From assembly GCA_964187785.1 (NCBI GenBank), contig OZ076413.1, positions 20,956,001 through 21,020,000 of the forward strand: 64,000 bases of DNA, in the 5' to 3' direction. The position numbers and the translations under genes were made by a program. Of this stretch, positions 37,868-50,129 are shown piece after piece. The stretch's first letter is position 1; the number at the start of each line of letters is the position of its first letter. This DNA is from Amphiscolops sp. MND2022 (Eukaryota). The notes under the pieces were generated by a model. That model was given only the letters and a program-made list of their open reading frames with translations. It was not told the DNA's origin and did no database searches.

Positions 37868-38089
37868 GAATTGGCCAGGCTGTTTCCGCGTCTAGTGCCT
37901 GAAATATCCACAAATTTGTTTCCTCAGTAGGTTCCCAGGTTCCCAATTCATTTCCTCTGACTTCATTGCGCGTCTCAAGCCATGAACAAAACATGCCCCT
38001 GTATTGTTCATCCTGTGATGGATTGTAGCCCTCTGGTAATTGGAAAATAGACCGACCGGAGTTTGTCATGTAAGAGTCACCATTTTCAT
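37868..38089 (-). CDS. Putative internal exon of an unidentified spliced gene (222 nt, phase 1-1); another possible exon at 40799-40944
   Basis: Acceptor ttttgag, donor gtaagt, open frame DENGDSYMTNSGRSIFQLPEGYNPSQDEQYRGMFCSWLE... Confidence 0.45.
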
Positions 38090-38789
38090 CTCAAAACCCA
38101 ACCGAATTGCTGCTTTTCAATTTTTTTGTCAATTTCTGGAAATGTTTGATGATTTTACTCAGTACTTCATGATTTCATTGCATAATTGGTTGCCATTTTT
38201 CGAAACACTCATCGTCAACAAAAGTAGGATTTTCAAAATAATTCCTGCTGCAGATGGGAATCGACCAAAACTAAGAAATGTTCAATAACAATCGTTCGTT
38301 TTTTTGCACAAATGAGAGGCTCTGAAGTAAGTTGCGTAAAACTTTTTTCTTCATGAATGAAAATCTTGAAACAAACTTCAATAGAAGAAGGCAAAACATT
38401 TCAATGGTCCTTTCGACTAGATTGAAAGGTACTCCCAACAAAAAGGTACTGCATTAGTCGTGTTTTTATTTCATGAAGCACAGACTAATAACAGCGATGG
38501 GGAAAAGCTGTAACTGTTTTGTTTGAACATCCATTGAAGTTTCATCTAAAGACTAGAAACATATTGGAAGAGGATGAAAAGTGTAATTCAAAAGATAGTT
38601 GATCTAGTCACTCGATTTGAATTTGCATTGATTTCAGCAATTCAGCAATTGTTGTTATACTGCAATTTATAAAAAATCCAATTCCAAAGTTTTTATTTCA
38701 TGAAGCACAGACTAATAACAGCGATGGGGAAAAGCCGTAACTGTTTTGTTTGAACATCCATTGAAGTTTCATCTAAAGACTAGAAACAT

Positions 38790-39400
38790 AGAATCACGAT
38801 CAAGAAACACGATCAAGAGAATTGGACAAACTGTCCGACTATGAAAACATGGATGTGATGTTAGGGGTGAATAATCCTAACCCAAAGAAGATACCTAGAG
38901 AATGTAAGAAACAGACTCATTAGTCATGGGGAGTCATGGCTAATTCTACGCTTCCGGAAAAATCATCACCGGAAATTGAAACCAGGAACAAGTAGAGTGA
39001 AAAAGTGACGCCCAGGCCTGATAGACTGCTAGAGTCCAAGAGATATTGTGTAATGAAATACCTCTAAGTCTGTAAACAGATTCAATGGTTAGCTCGATCA
39101 TGCTCAAATTATTAAGGCTATTCACTCTGCAATAACTGAGAGGGTTATAATTGAGGTACGAACGATAGCCAGGAGTTTGCCTTTGAGGGAACAATTAATT
39201 GAGACGGGTACGTCTACGTGCCATCTAGAGTCACATCGATATGCCGGATGGGTCCAACAACAGCTTGACAAGGCTCTAGATCTGCCTTTGGTATGAGGAA
39301 CGAGGAGGGCCTTACACATGGTTACTGCGAACATGACAATTCCTACTTAGACCGATCATAGAAGACGCTCTACACGCAAACAGAGACTCTGAGTTGAGCG
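38790..39400 (+). mobile_element. Decayed LTR-element 5' / gag N-terminal remnant
   Basis: Fragments ELDKLSDYENMDVMLG and HAQIIKAIHSAITERVI, plus a possible LTR/PBS junction aca|tggttac at ~39320. Recognised by pattern only. Confidence 0.4.
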
Positions 39401-40600
39401 ACTGAGGTACCAACTCGATGTAAATCTACCCAGGAGGAAACAAACCAGGGCAGATAAATAAAGCTTCTTTTAGCACCGATATAAACTTAGAACAAACAGT
39501 CAAACAAAATTAATGACAAATACTTTCCACGCAGATCGAAACGACTGCAACAAACTATTCTTTTTGCTATATTGAATATCACAATTTTCATGATGATTAA
39601 CGGGGAACGTGAAAGGTCTCAAGCAGGGAACCGTTCTGGAGTCGTCAGAGACCGAGTCAGAGATTGGAGAGGACAAGGGATGTAAACCCCACATGACATC
39701 CGAGAGCCAGACATAGAGCATACATGGCCATCCGTGTTGCCAATATCCAAGGAATCACCGCCACTGACATGATGCTCTCTCGACCGTTTTCAAGTTACTG
39801 TCTTTTCAAATGTCAATTCTGTGCAGGTAATATTCCTAGCTATATAGACACAACAAAGTTACAGCAAGCTTGAATACACGCTTAGAAGACGTTTTTAAAA
39901 ATCGAATTACTCTAATTACTCTAATTACTCGAATTAATTAATCGAATTTACTCTGATTCAGTGGGGTTTTTTGATATCTTAGTAAGACTCTTGCAATGGA
40001 TCTATTGGACACGCAGATGTAGTTACTATTTGGCAAGGTCTTGTCTTGTCCGCCACGATGCTACGGAGACGGTTAACCCAGGTTGAAGTTGTTTTGAATG
40101 TTCAATTCAGAGTGTTTTCAATTCCAGAAATGCCGTCCACCGTATAATTTTGGGTTTCTGATCGCGCGAGAATAACTCAGAAACTGAATTGTTCTCCGAT
40201 TATTTCGCAAATGGGACAAAGTTTTGACATGGAAATCAAAAGCAGGCCCGAAAAGCAGCAAATCATAACTACCTTCCACTGGAACTGAGAACATTTCGTC
40301 AACACTTGTATACTGAAAAAAAGCAAAGTCCAAATGATTCCAAGTGAATATCCAATTCAAACAAGTCTAATTAAAAAATGTCTGCGACTTTTATAATGTA
40401 CACATGAAAGAATTTTGAAAACTCACATAAAAGATAGATTGTATAAATTCCTTTAATCATAGGCTCGGATGTTTGTCCTTAAAATCTATAAGAATTTGAT
40501 GACAATTTTGCCTATAAGGTAAAATTTGACGTCACATCTGGAGAAAAACAACGAATCACCTTATTTTCGGTCATAAATTCCTGAGCTAGCTCAACTTGGA

Positions 40601-40763
40601 ACTTCATTTTTATTGACAATCAAACCTTTCAATACAAGGAGAAAAGGCTTTTTTAAAAATATTTCTGAATTTTTATAGTATTAAGACTATAAAAATTCAG
40701 AAATATTTAAAAAAAGCCTTTTCTCCTTGTTTTGAAAGGTTTGATTGTCAATAAAATTGAAGT
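40601..40763. repeat. 163-bp near-perfect palindrome (arms ~78 bp, ~6-nt loop)
   Basis: acttcatttttattgacaatcaaacctttcaatacaaggagaaaaggc...tatagt attaag actata...gccttttctccttgttttgaaaggtttgattgtcaataaaattgaagt; about 3 mismatches. Confidence 0.95.
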
Positions 40764-41841
40764 CAATAAAATTGTCAATAAAATTTGAATTGTCTTACCG
40801 GAGAGGCTGGGATTAAAACTTCTATCATGGCTTTTGCCGGCCGAGAGGCTTCGTACACGAGAAGACTTCGCAATGGTTCATCAGGGCCATATATCTTGTG
40901 CTTCGGTGGATCCACCAAACTTGGCAAATGATCCGAGAGATATCCTTGTTTCAGGGATTGATATATTTTTTTTCAATTTTTATGACTTCAGCAAAAACAC
41001 GAAAGCATAAGAAGTTTTTAAATTTGACTAAACTGTAGAAACTGCAGCGTTGAAATACCTTCGAAAGAAGGCATATTCACTTGCAAATCCAATTAGAAAG
41101 AGCTACCATGTTTGGTAAACAATTGTGAAAAGGTCCATAATGATATGAAAAACCAAAATGTTAATCAATTGGATTTCGAATCAATTTAATTGACATAGAA
41201 ACATTGTTTAGTCTGCTGTTTTGAAGCTGGGAATTCGAGTCCTGTCAGAATACTAGTTGCTCTCAATGATCATAGAAACTTTGTCTTAAATTGTTGATAA
41301 CTATCTGAGAGACAGTTATTATTCAATTTTATTCTACGTAGATCAATCTCATCATTTATTATGTTGCATGGGTTTATGCTTCTTCAATCCCTGCCTTGAA
41401 TGATTTGGGTGAAGGTCGGATTTTGATATTTCTAAATGTCTTTACAATTGAACATATTTCTTCAGATTTTTCAAGGCAACCGGTGCAGAGAAGTTGGCAG
41501 AGAAAACCGGAATTAAAAAAAAATCTAAAATTGAGTTTCAATTGAAAAAAAGCAATCATTTTTGTACGGTGCCATACCGGAACCAAGTTAATGAGTACAT
41601 GTCAACTGGGAAAACTTAACGAGCTTAACCTGATATATTCAATTTACTATATTTACTAACAGTTTCACGTTAGACTTTATGTTCATTTGTGGAACAATTC
41701 CTTTGTTGTGAAGTTGCATGAAAGACATTTGAGGAAAAAACCTCTTTTATCACCAGGGTGAACGCCTTGTGCTGCCAGCAAATATATTTATTTAACAAAT
41801 ACCGAACAAAATATTACATTATCGGAACAAAAGGGAACAAG

Positions 41842-43839
41842 TGTCGGAACGTGCACAGGTCTTGGCAGACGCTGTATTTTGACTGTTACCTTCTCCAGAA
41901 TTGGAGGATAACTTTTCAGTTAATGCCAGAACTAGTCCAGTTAGGTCGCTGATTTGCCTATTCATGTCGGAGAAACGTTGGTCTATCGATTTCTGCTCTG
42001 GATTATTATAGGTACTGATAAGGTTTCAATTGTCTAATTCATCGATTTGGTCTCTAGAAAGGACCTCTGGAACACTACTTTCGCTTTCCGTGTCGCTACT
42101 TCTGTCATTCATATCCATTCCACCCAAGAACACTGGGATAGAACTTCTTTTGTTAGAACGAGTGTTAACCATGGTAAAGAGTGTTTAGAGTTTAAGATTT
42201 ATTGATCGAAGAAAGTTTATGTTAGAAGGTATGTGAAACGAAGTTAGTGTAAATAACGTGTATGCAGGTAGGTACTGAACGTTAAGGTACAAAATGCTCT
42301 AATGGTAGCACCTATTTGCTTCGTGTCAATTATGGCGATGCTGGTCACACGACCACATCGACCAATCATATTGCAGTACTCATTCGCACCTTAGTGGGTA
42401 ATTGCGCAATTCGCGCCTCAATTTGGTACAACACAGAAAATGATGTGCAATCTTGTTGCTATGGCTACATGACTTATTGCTTAGTGTATATGGTAATATG
42501 ATGATGGTAATATAAGCTCATCAAAGCACGGTAATACTATATTCACTGTACGTGCACGTGGTAATGCATTGTGATGTTAATGGTGTTGCGTATATCATTA
42601 GTTGGTTGGGTAAAGATACTAATTGCACTTACAAGCACCAAATGGATGAAGTGAACACTGATGATAATACATTAACTACATCATTGACTAAATGCTACGA
42701 GATTGATTCTAATGAGTATATGTAAAAAGGGAATGATTATCGTAAATAAATAGTTGGACACTGCTTCGAGATTAAATATAGTAGATGCATGTAATAAGTT
42801 TGAGTTTATTTTACTTGATGTAGTTTGCCCAAATACATTCTTTCCTTTCAGTTTTTCGGTCATGTTTTCATTTATTATATCTGCTTTTTGGGTGTTGTAT
42901 GATTGAGCTCATTCTTGTTCGGTATATTCATGCGTCAGGCATGACACTCCGGGTCTTTTTTTTCGAAAAAGGTGCATGATGGGGAAAGTGGGCGGCGACT
43001 TTTACTTGGGGTGTTGGTTGAGTTTTTACTTGTCGATCGGCGGAGTTGAGCTCGGTGTTGGTAATTGATCGGAAGTGGCAGTGATGTTGTCATAGCAACT
43101 GCATCTGCTGCAGTGAATTGACGTCATGGTCGGAATTATCGGGTGGTTTCGTATTTCATCTCAGTGGGGAGGAGAAATGTTAACTGCGCGTCGAGTTTTC
43201 CACTTCGGTAGAGAGTAAATAGAAGTCGGTGTGGCGAGGGTAGCCACGTCATCCACTCGTGCGCATTGGTTGCAGGTAGAGAGTGAGAGTAAGAATGTCG
43301 TCGCCGGAAATCAATAGCGTGGCAGCGCAATTGTAATAACTCGGCTCATTCGGTACTTGTTTGGAAGTAAGATGCAGTGGAATATTGCGCGTTATGTTTT
43401 CATAGCTGCCAAAACTGAGTGAATGAATTAAACTATTTGTCACGATAGAACTGTTGTTAATTGGAATTGCAGTAAGTTGTTTAGCGGTATACCAGATGGA
43501 AGTGAGCTAATCAAAATGGTCATTTTTGAATCGTTCAGGATGGGGATTACATCAGGAAGTTTTGTGCATAAAGTTTTCCTTTCTCCGGAGAAATTTAGCG
43601 ATTTGTGAAATTCGAACCTTGTGGTTCTTTGATTAGTAGGGTGGTCAAATGGTTGTATTTCGAGTAAAGTTTTTATCAAATGTCTCTTTGACGTGGGTGG
43701 TAGGCTATCATTTCCAGGTGATAAGGGTGATCAATCCTCATTCTGTATAACGATAGCTGCTGAAACCTGGTAAATCGCAAATTTGTTCCAGAGATTGTTT
43801 ATATGCTTTGACATTCGTTATTGATTGTTCTTGGTTATT
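41842..43839 (-). mobile_element. 3' end of a second Gypsy family: ORF remnant (43000-43839), PPT (42838-42850) and a ~996-bp 3' LTR (41842-42837)
   Basis: On minus, aaaggaaagaa|TGTATTTGGG ... cgttccgaCA. Upstream ORF fragments 43136-43679 in shifting frames. The ORF is cut abruptly at about 43840. Confidence 0.6.
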
Positions 43840-43847
43840 TGTTAAAA

Positions 43848-46800
43848 ATGGCCGCTGGAGAATTATCGGAAGGAGAGGTTGCATCATTAGTAGAAGCGGC
43901 AGAAGGAGCGTTGGCTGAGCTATCCAGTTTTGACCATTTGTCGGACGAGGAAGGTCTCGTTGCATCAGTGGACGAATTACTAGAGGGTGCGACTCAGTCG
44001 GTATGTTGTCAGTTTGCCGGGCGAGTAGATGAATCCAATGTGGAAACCGCTACTACCTTGCTCGAAATAGCTCTCTCTAGTGAATTCCGTGAGTAATCCA
44101 AAAAGTTTTTGTACTATTTTCTTTGTATTGATGATCTGTTGATAAGGGCAGGCATTTATCATTTTGTGTTTAACTTCGGAACTCATCAAGGTAATGTGTG
44201 TGTGTGCATAGCATCGTTAATGCAGGATATGATTAATGAGCGGCACTCTGTAGGCTCTTCCCGGGATCTATTACCTTGGGTAGACTGTTGGAACGTTGGT
44301 TTTAAGCCGATGAACTGCCTGGCTGATTTTCCCCATGTGTGTTGTAGAATCCTCGAATATGACCGATATTGTTGCCATGTTGCGGCGGATGCTACAGTTA
44401 GAGCGTCGTCAGGTGATGTAGCAAGTGTGGGTGCGTGCGAATCCGAGCTCAGGGTTTACTGCTACACTCAGAGTGGTAAGTGAACAAGTTGGTATCTTCT
44501 GTATGTTCTGGTGTAAGATAGGCACCATTTCAATCATCTACTGGTAGTACCGTATGACAGTCGTCCCTTGATTTTCACTGACATAAGGGTAATGTTGGAG
44601 AGGTCATTGTTAGGGGTGACGTATGTATGGTGACGGCATTGTTTACCCTTTTGTAATTTATTCCAGGTGTCGCGAGTAGTTCCGCTTTGAGTGTCGACAC
44701 TGTGGTGGCTGCAATTACTCGGTTGGAAAAGGAGTTGGCTAGTGTTGTCAAGGCAACAGTTGAATCCACCCTGGGTCGGTTAGGCACTGTGGGCGCGCTA
44801 GCTGTGGACGATTTCGTTCAGCGATTGGTCACGGCTGTATCGCAGTTGAAACCTGTCAGTGGTTCGCTTGTTGCCATCCCTGGACACGATGTGCCTGTGA
44901 CTCCTACATTGCCTGCTGGGATAGTGTCGGTTGGATCTGCTGTCCCTGTGACTCCCTCAGTTGCTAGTTTGCAGGAGTCAGTCGCGCCATCATTGTTCGG
45001 CGAGAGTGCTGTGGTCGGGCCGGCCAGTGTTGCGAAGTCGGCTGGTGTTACACCTGGTAAGAATCTCATAAGATCATGGGGGGTTTAGGGGGAAAGATTT
45101 TAGTGATTACAAGAGCATCTCTATACTAAGATTTAAAAGTTTTTTTTGTTTTTTTTTGAGTTTCACTTGTTTGTTGCAGCGCGTACTAAGAAGATCAAGA
45201 CGCTGAAACCTTCTTATTTTGTGTCGAGTGTTGTGGGGACCTTCGTTGGTTTTCCTCGCAACAAGAGAGTGATTGATGGTTACGCTCGTTGTCTGCTATG
45301 CCGGGCGGACCTGAGCATTGCGGGGCGCGGGATCTCATCTCTGTGGGATCATTGGAAGGGGGTGGAGCACACCCGTTTGGAGCAAAAATATCGGATAATG
45401 ACCCACAGACCGCTCCTAGACAAGTCCTGCAGGCCTGTATCTGCAGATGAGGATCGCCGGATCAGACTTGCTCGTTCTACCGAACCGCCAGTTTTTATGG
45501 AAACGGACCTGAACCTGACAGTCGAAGAACGCATGGCTATTGAAGAAGCTGAGGCAACAGAAGGGGCGCGACCACATTTGCCGGACGATAGTGTGGGTTA
45601 TCTGTGGCTGAATAATTTTATATCTAGCTTCCTGGTTGCGAGGTCCATCGAGGGGGTGCTCTATTCAATGGATGCCTGGCGAAGTTGCATGGCGAATGAA
45701 CTACATTTCGAGTGCCGGACACTGGACTACGCGCGTTGTCAGGTTATTTGAGATAATATTTCTTTAACACGTAGAGGGTCGTACCGCGTTGTTAAATCGT
45801 GTATAATGTGATTGTTGGGGTTGCTTTGTGGTTTTAATGTCGTTATGTTCGGGACGTTATTTGTTATTTAGAGTCTGATACTGTACGGGTGTTACCCGTA
45901 TGTTGTGGAGCAATTGGATACCCTTGTGGAGGCGAGTTCATGTATTGGCGTCAGCAACCGTCGGAGTGGCTGGCAGTGGCGTGGCGAGCTTCACATCATC
46001 GGCAATCATGGTGTGAAATCGGTGGTACTCGCTCTGGTGACCGATGGAACTGGATGGGAGAAGAGGATGCTGGGTAACGTGGTACCCTTACTTGCATGTC
46101 TGAAGGACAGAACATTGCTAAAAACAGTGGCGGTCGAGGGAGAGACTCACGTTGGGAGAGCAGTGGCGGGCATGGTAGCTCCCAAGACGCCTCTCGTGGT
46201 TGGACTGCTAACGGCAAAGTCAGTTTTCAATGAGGTGCAGAGGCATTTCCGGGTGGAATTTTCAGGATTGGACCCGCTCAGTGTCTTAGAATACTTCGGT
46301 GTGAGAATGCTACCTGTAGTCCAGGAGAAGTTTTTGGATCGATTGCCGTTGTTACGACAGGTGGATATGTTATAAAGTAATGCAAGTAGTTTGCTGAAGT
46401 CGCTATTTGTGACTTTAGCTTCTTTTATTTTTGTTTTTTTTGGAGTTGCTAAGTGTAGTATAAGGTTTATGTATTTGGACAGCTCTTTGGATGTTGGTTA
46501 TGAAACGCAATTTTGTTTCTGTTGTTCTAGTATGTACGTGTCGGTGGAGAGGACATCACTCAGTTAGCATCCGTCTGTGCAGAAATTGTGGAGTACTGGA
46601 ATGATTTATCGTTGTACTTCGGGACTCATCGTCCAAACGTCACCTCAGAACTACGGCCGATTACCCCACTGGAAATCCAAGTGTTCGAAGACGCGATGAT
46701 TCGTCCTCGGTTTGCTATCTTGCGGCTCGTTTTGGATTTAAGTGAGTATGAGACAATAAGTTGTACAAAAGAAGGAGAAAAAAATTTTTTTTTGTTTGAG

Positions 46801-48217
46801 TTATCTTTTCCGTCGTAGTAGTGAGGACTCATTTGCGATGTTAAGGCTACTATTGTACTTTACTTTGTTTGCAGTGGTGAAGCATTGTCCTCGACTGTGT
46901 GGACGTGGTCGAGACTACGGCGTTGTTGTGGAGAGGGAGCTAGCTCATTTCTTGCTCGGGTTAATGAGGTTCATTTACCCAGTTACCAGTATTCCTGCAG
47001 AGTACGAGATTACAGCATTGCTTCAAGTTATTGACTCTGATTGTGTGGATGTCGATGCCTATTTGTACAAGAAACATTTCGGGCAATATTTCCGCTACGA
47101 CATCAGTTCCCAACTATCCTTCTTTTACAAGGCAGTACAGAAGATGCTGGTGGGTTTGTGTCGTGGGCTAAGTGGAATGTGGCAACGGACCTGGCCGAAG
47201 CATCTAAGTTTAACACCGTTTGATCCAGTACTTATACACCAGGGTTCGGAAGATCGTCGTGTGGACTCATTAGTGGAGACCTGTGCTGTATTGACTGCCC
47301 ACGGACTAGTCGATCTGGACGACGGCGGTGTAGTACAGCAGCAGTAGAGAGAAGTCACGCCGTTCTTTAAGAAGCGGTGGTCGTTTTGTGTGGACGAGCT
47401 TCCTGCTGTGGACGATGTGATTGCTATGTAGCTTTCTTATCCTCATTGGAGTCGGTGTGCTCAGTTGCGCCAAATAGTAAACCTAGTGCTCAGTGTGGTT
47501 GTTGTCAGTAGTTATCAGGCTGAGTTTGTTGACAACGCCGCTACCGCTTTGGACCCTGATGAACTTGCTTCGAGCTTACATTTAGTTTGTAGTTGATTCG
47601 GACATTCCTTCGTTGGAAAATCATTGCGTATTGCCGAGACGACGGACATGCAAGTCTCTCGTCTGTCCGATAGTGTTCGGGCCAAGCCCTGGGACCAATT
47701 ACTGAAAGTCGGGCTGGATCAGAGCTCATCATTTTGCGTAGCCTTATTGGATAAAGGACCCGAGGCACCTGTGGTGCCTATCGTGGATGAGTACAGGTCG
47801 TCTATTCTCGCACAGCTGAATGTGATGGGGGTCATGGCAGCTAGCCCTATTTGTGTTTCTCCCAAACTTACTGCACTGCCGTCAGGATCAGGAAGTAAGT
47901 CTAAAAGGCCTCGCAGTCAATCTGACGTGAAATTGAAAACGCCAAATAAGGATGCTAATGTGGTTGCGTCTACTACTTCTAAATCTGCCATACCGTCAAA
48001 GACTCGTGGTGCCATTCGCAGGAGTACTGGGAGGAAAACGCCGTCGTCTACAGGACGTCGAACTGGAGGGAAACCTCAAAGCGGCAAAAAACTAGTATTG
48101 TCATTGGTTGCTAGTGAGTCGGCCGATCAAGAAGATCAGTTAACAGATGACGGTTTAGTGAAAACCAGTCGTCGAGGAAAACGTACTATGAGGATCGAAT
48201 CTTCTGACGAATCCTAA
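43848..48217 (+). pseudogene. Seven-exon BED-zinc-finger, hAT-transposase-derived gene (~1,150 codons) with three in-frame stops in the last exon
   Basis: Exons 43848-44088, 44254-44475, 44667-45056, 45180-45742, 45872-46360, 46531-46741 and 46875-48217. All six GT-AG introns are phase-consistent and exons 1-6 are open. BED finger RCLLCRADLSIAGRGISSLWDHWKGVEH. hAT-like blocks EIVEYWNDLSLYF, SFFYKAVQKML...TPFDP and QLRQIVNLVLSV. Confidence 0.85.
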
Positions 48218-48772
48218 GGAGAGAAAACTCTGTATGTGTTATTATCAAACTTTTGACTGATGTATTTGCATTGGTTTGGTATTGCGTTCTGTATGTATTG
48301 CCCTTCATTCTTTGTTTTTCTTTTTTTTGTTGGAGTTATACTCTCACTGTCGCGTGCGCGCGCGAATTGAATCATTGACATTTGCAAGCATCAATCATTG
48401 TTATGTCAATTAAAACTGAGTGACGTAGAAGTACTTGAAATCCATTTGACCGCTCGTTTGCACTTATGTAATCGTTTACATAATCACCATAAAAAAGACA
48501 TCTTTTGTGATGTTCCGTCAGTCAAAAGTGTCTGAGTTAATTGTATTTGATTCCTTTGTCTGTGTACAAAGGTCACATTTAATTTGAAACATTTGAGTTC
48601 GTCTATTTATAAAGTTCGTCTATATAATATCTCTTTTGTTTGTTTGATTTGTATGTAAACAAGACTTCTCAGTCTTGCCCAAAAAAGAAAACGGCCATAA
48701 GCCGACAAAGATGATAATTCAAAAGTTGTCACACCGATTCCTTTTCAATGTACCAAAGTCAAGTACATTTTT

Positions 48773-48782
48773 TGGCGACCAC
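48773..48782 (+). promoter_or_regulatory. BEL PBS TGGCGACCAC, probably tRNA-Arg(TCG)
   Basis: Lies 5 nt after the 5' LTR. Complementary to the ...GUGGUCGCCA 3' end known for metazoan tRNA-Arg(TCG). Confidence 0.7.
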
Positions 48783-49161
48783 AAGAAGTTTACCCCTGAT
48801 TTCCTTGAATCTTGTTCGAGACGAAGATGAGAACCGCCAAACTAGCAAAAATTGCCAATTGAATCTCGCCATTACTTACGACAACTCATTTGTATCCAAA
48901 AAAGTGGAAACTGAGTACTCGTTCTTTCAACACTGTTACCCGACGCTCCCGCAAACCCTGAAGTTACTCCCTACAAACCCGAAGACAGCCCCCGTAGCCG
49001 TTAGTTAGAGGAAACTGCGAAAAGAAGAAAAACTTTTGAAAAACTCATTGTTGTGACATTTAAACTTTAAAACGGAACATCACAACCTGTAAACAGAAAA
49101 TTAAGACGGGCAAAAAAAAACAGAAATCAGAATTTTCTAAAATCATTTAAATGGTCTCCCA

Positions 49162-49765
49162 ATGGTTTATTTCATTGGTGCAAGCTGCCTTCATGGCCTA
49201 ATGCGAAATTTGCCTTATGAATCTTACAGGAAGATCTCTCACAAGGTTTTCACAGTTCCAGGTTTGGGTTTCAATCCAAAAACTATTGATAAACTCAAAA
49301 TTCTGCAAAATCTTTTGATCAAAGGCAAACTTGCGTCCAGGAAGGACATAGTCATTTGGCACGGTTGCATTAGCAACAGCATTTCCGAACATCGGTCGAA
49401 CAATAATCAATCTCTACCTGTTGAGGACCTTGTGAGAGTCCTCAAGCCCCTAAAAAAACCGCATTAAGGCCGTAATTTACCTCCAGCGCGACAAGTCCCC
49501 CAATATCGTGAAAGATCTTTACAGAACAGGCATTCTGGTGCTACACGCCAAGAAATTGTTGTTGTCTCGTAAAAAAGCCAGGTCCGGGGAAATACTTAAG
49601 GACCTCAAGCGAATCCATCCCTCATCAGAGGCCGAGTTGCGCTTGTTCAACACCGTTCTTGCCCATGAGGACAATTTGAGGGGACTTGTGCGTTATCGAG
49701 GCAAGAAAACGAACCAAAGGAGACCCGGTAAAAAAGAAAGAAATAGAAATAAGACTTCAAAGTGA
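49162..49765 (+). CDS. Extra upstream ORF of the BEL element, SGNH/GDSL-hydrolase-like (~200 aa after removing one A from an A7 run at ~49455)
   Basis: VYFIGASC (block I-like), VPGL (block II), DIVIWHGCISNSI (block III), KRIHP (block V-like). ORFs 49162-49467 and 49508-49765 join as ...PLK/NRIKAVIYLQRDKSPNIVKDL. Confidence 0.6.
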
Positions 49766-50129
49766 AGTCACTCGAAAGCCAATACTTTATATTTTTGTTA
49801 AACCAACCATTTATCTTTGAGCTCTGTCGCAGAGTGACTGCTAAATAACGCATAGCTATTTCGGGGTTTTCTCTGGCCAGGAACCGATTAAGACGATTAA
49901 CACAGTCGCGGTGAGAGGCCAGAGAGTGGGATTTTTTTCATCAGCTCTAGGAATTTTTGGTTCGGGTGTTTCTTGGTCCACCAACCGATTAAGACGCTTA
50001 ACACAGTCGCGGTGAGTGGACTAAGAAAATTCATTTGTTTGAGCCTTTAGCAGTCACTCTACGACCGAGTTTTCCCACGAGCGGGTCGTTTCAAGTAGTG
50101 CTTTTAAACCGACAAAACTAACGTGACCG

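Noticed and set aside
43848-48217. Autonomous hAT transposon
   Set aside because: No TIRs or 8-bp TSD found near either end, and the catalytic residues are not recognisable.
11871-48217. Alternative genetic code or stop read-through to explain frames broken only by isolated stops
   Set aside because: All three stop types occur, the same genes also have frameshifts, and the young BEL pol is fully open under the standard code. Ordinary decay suffices.
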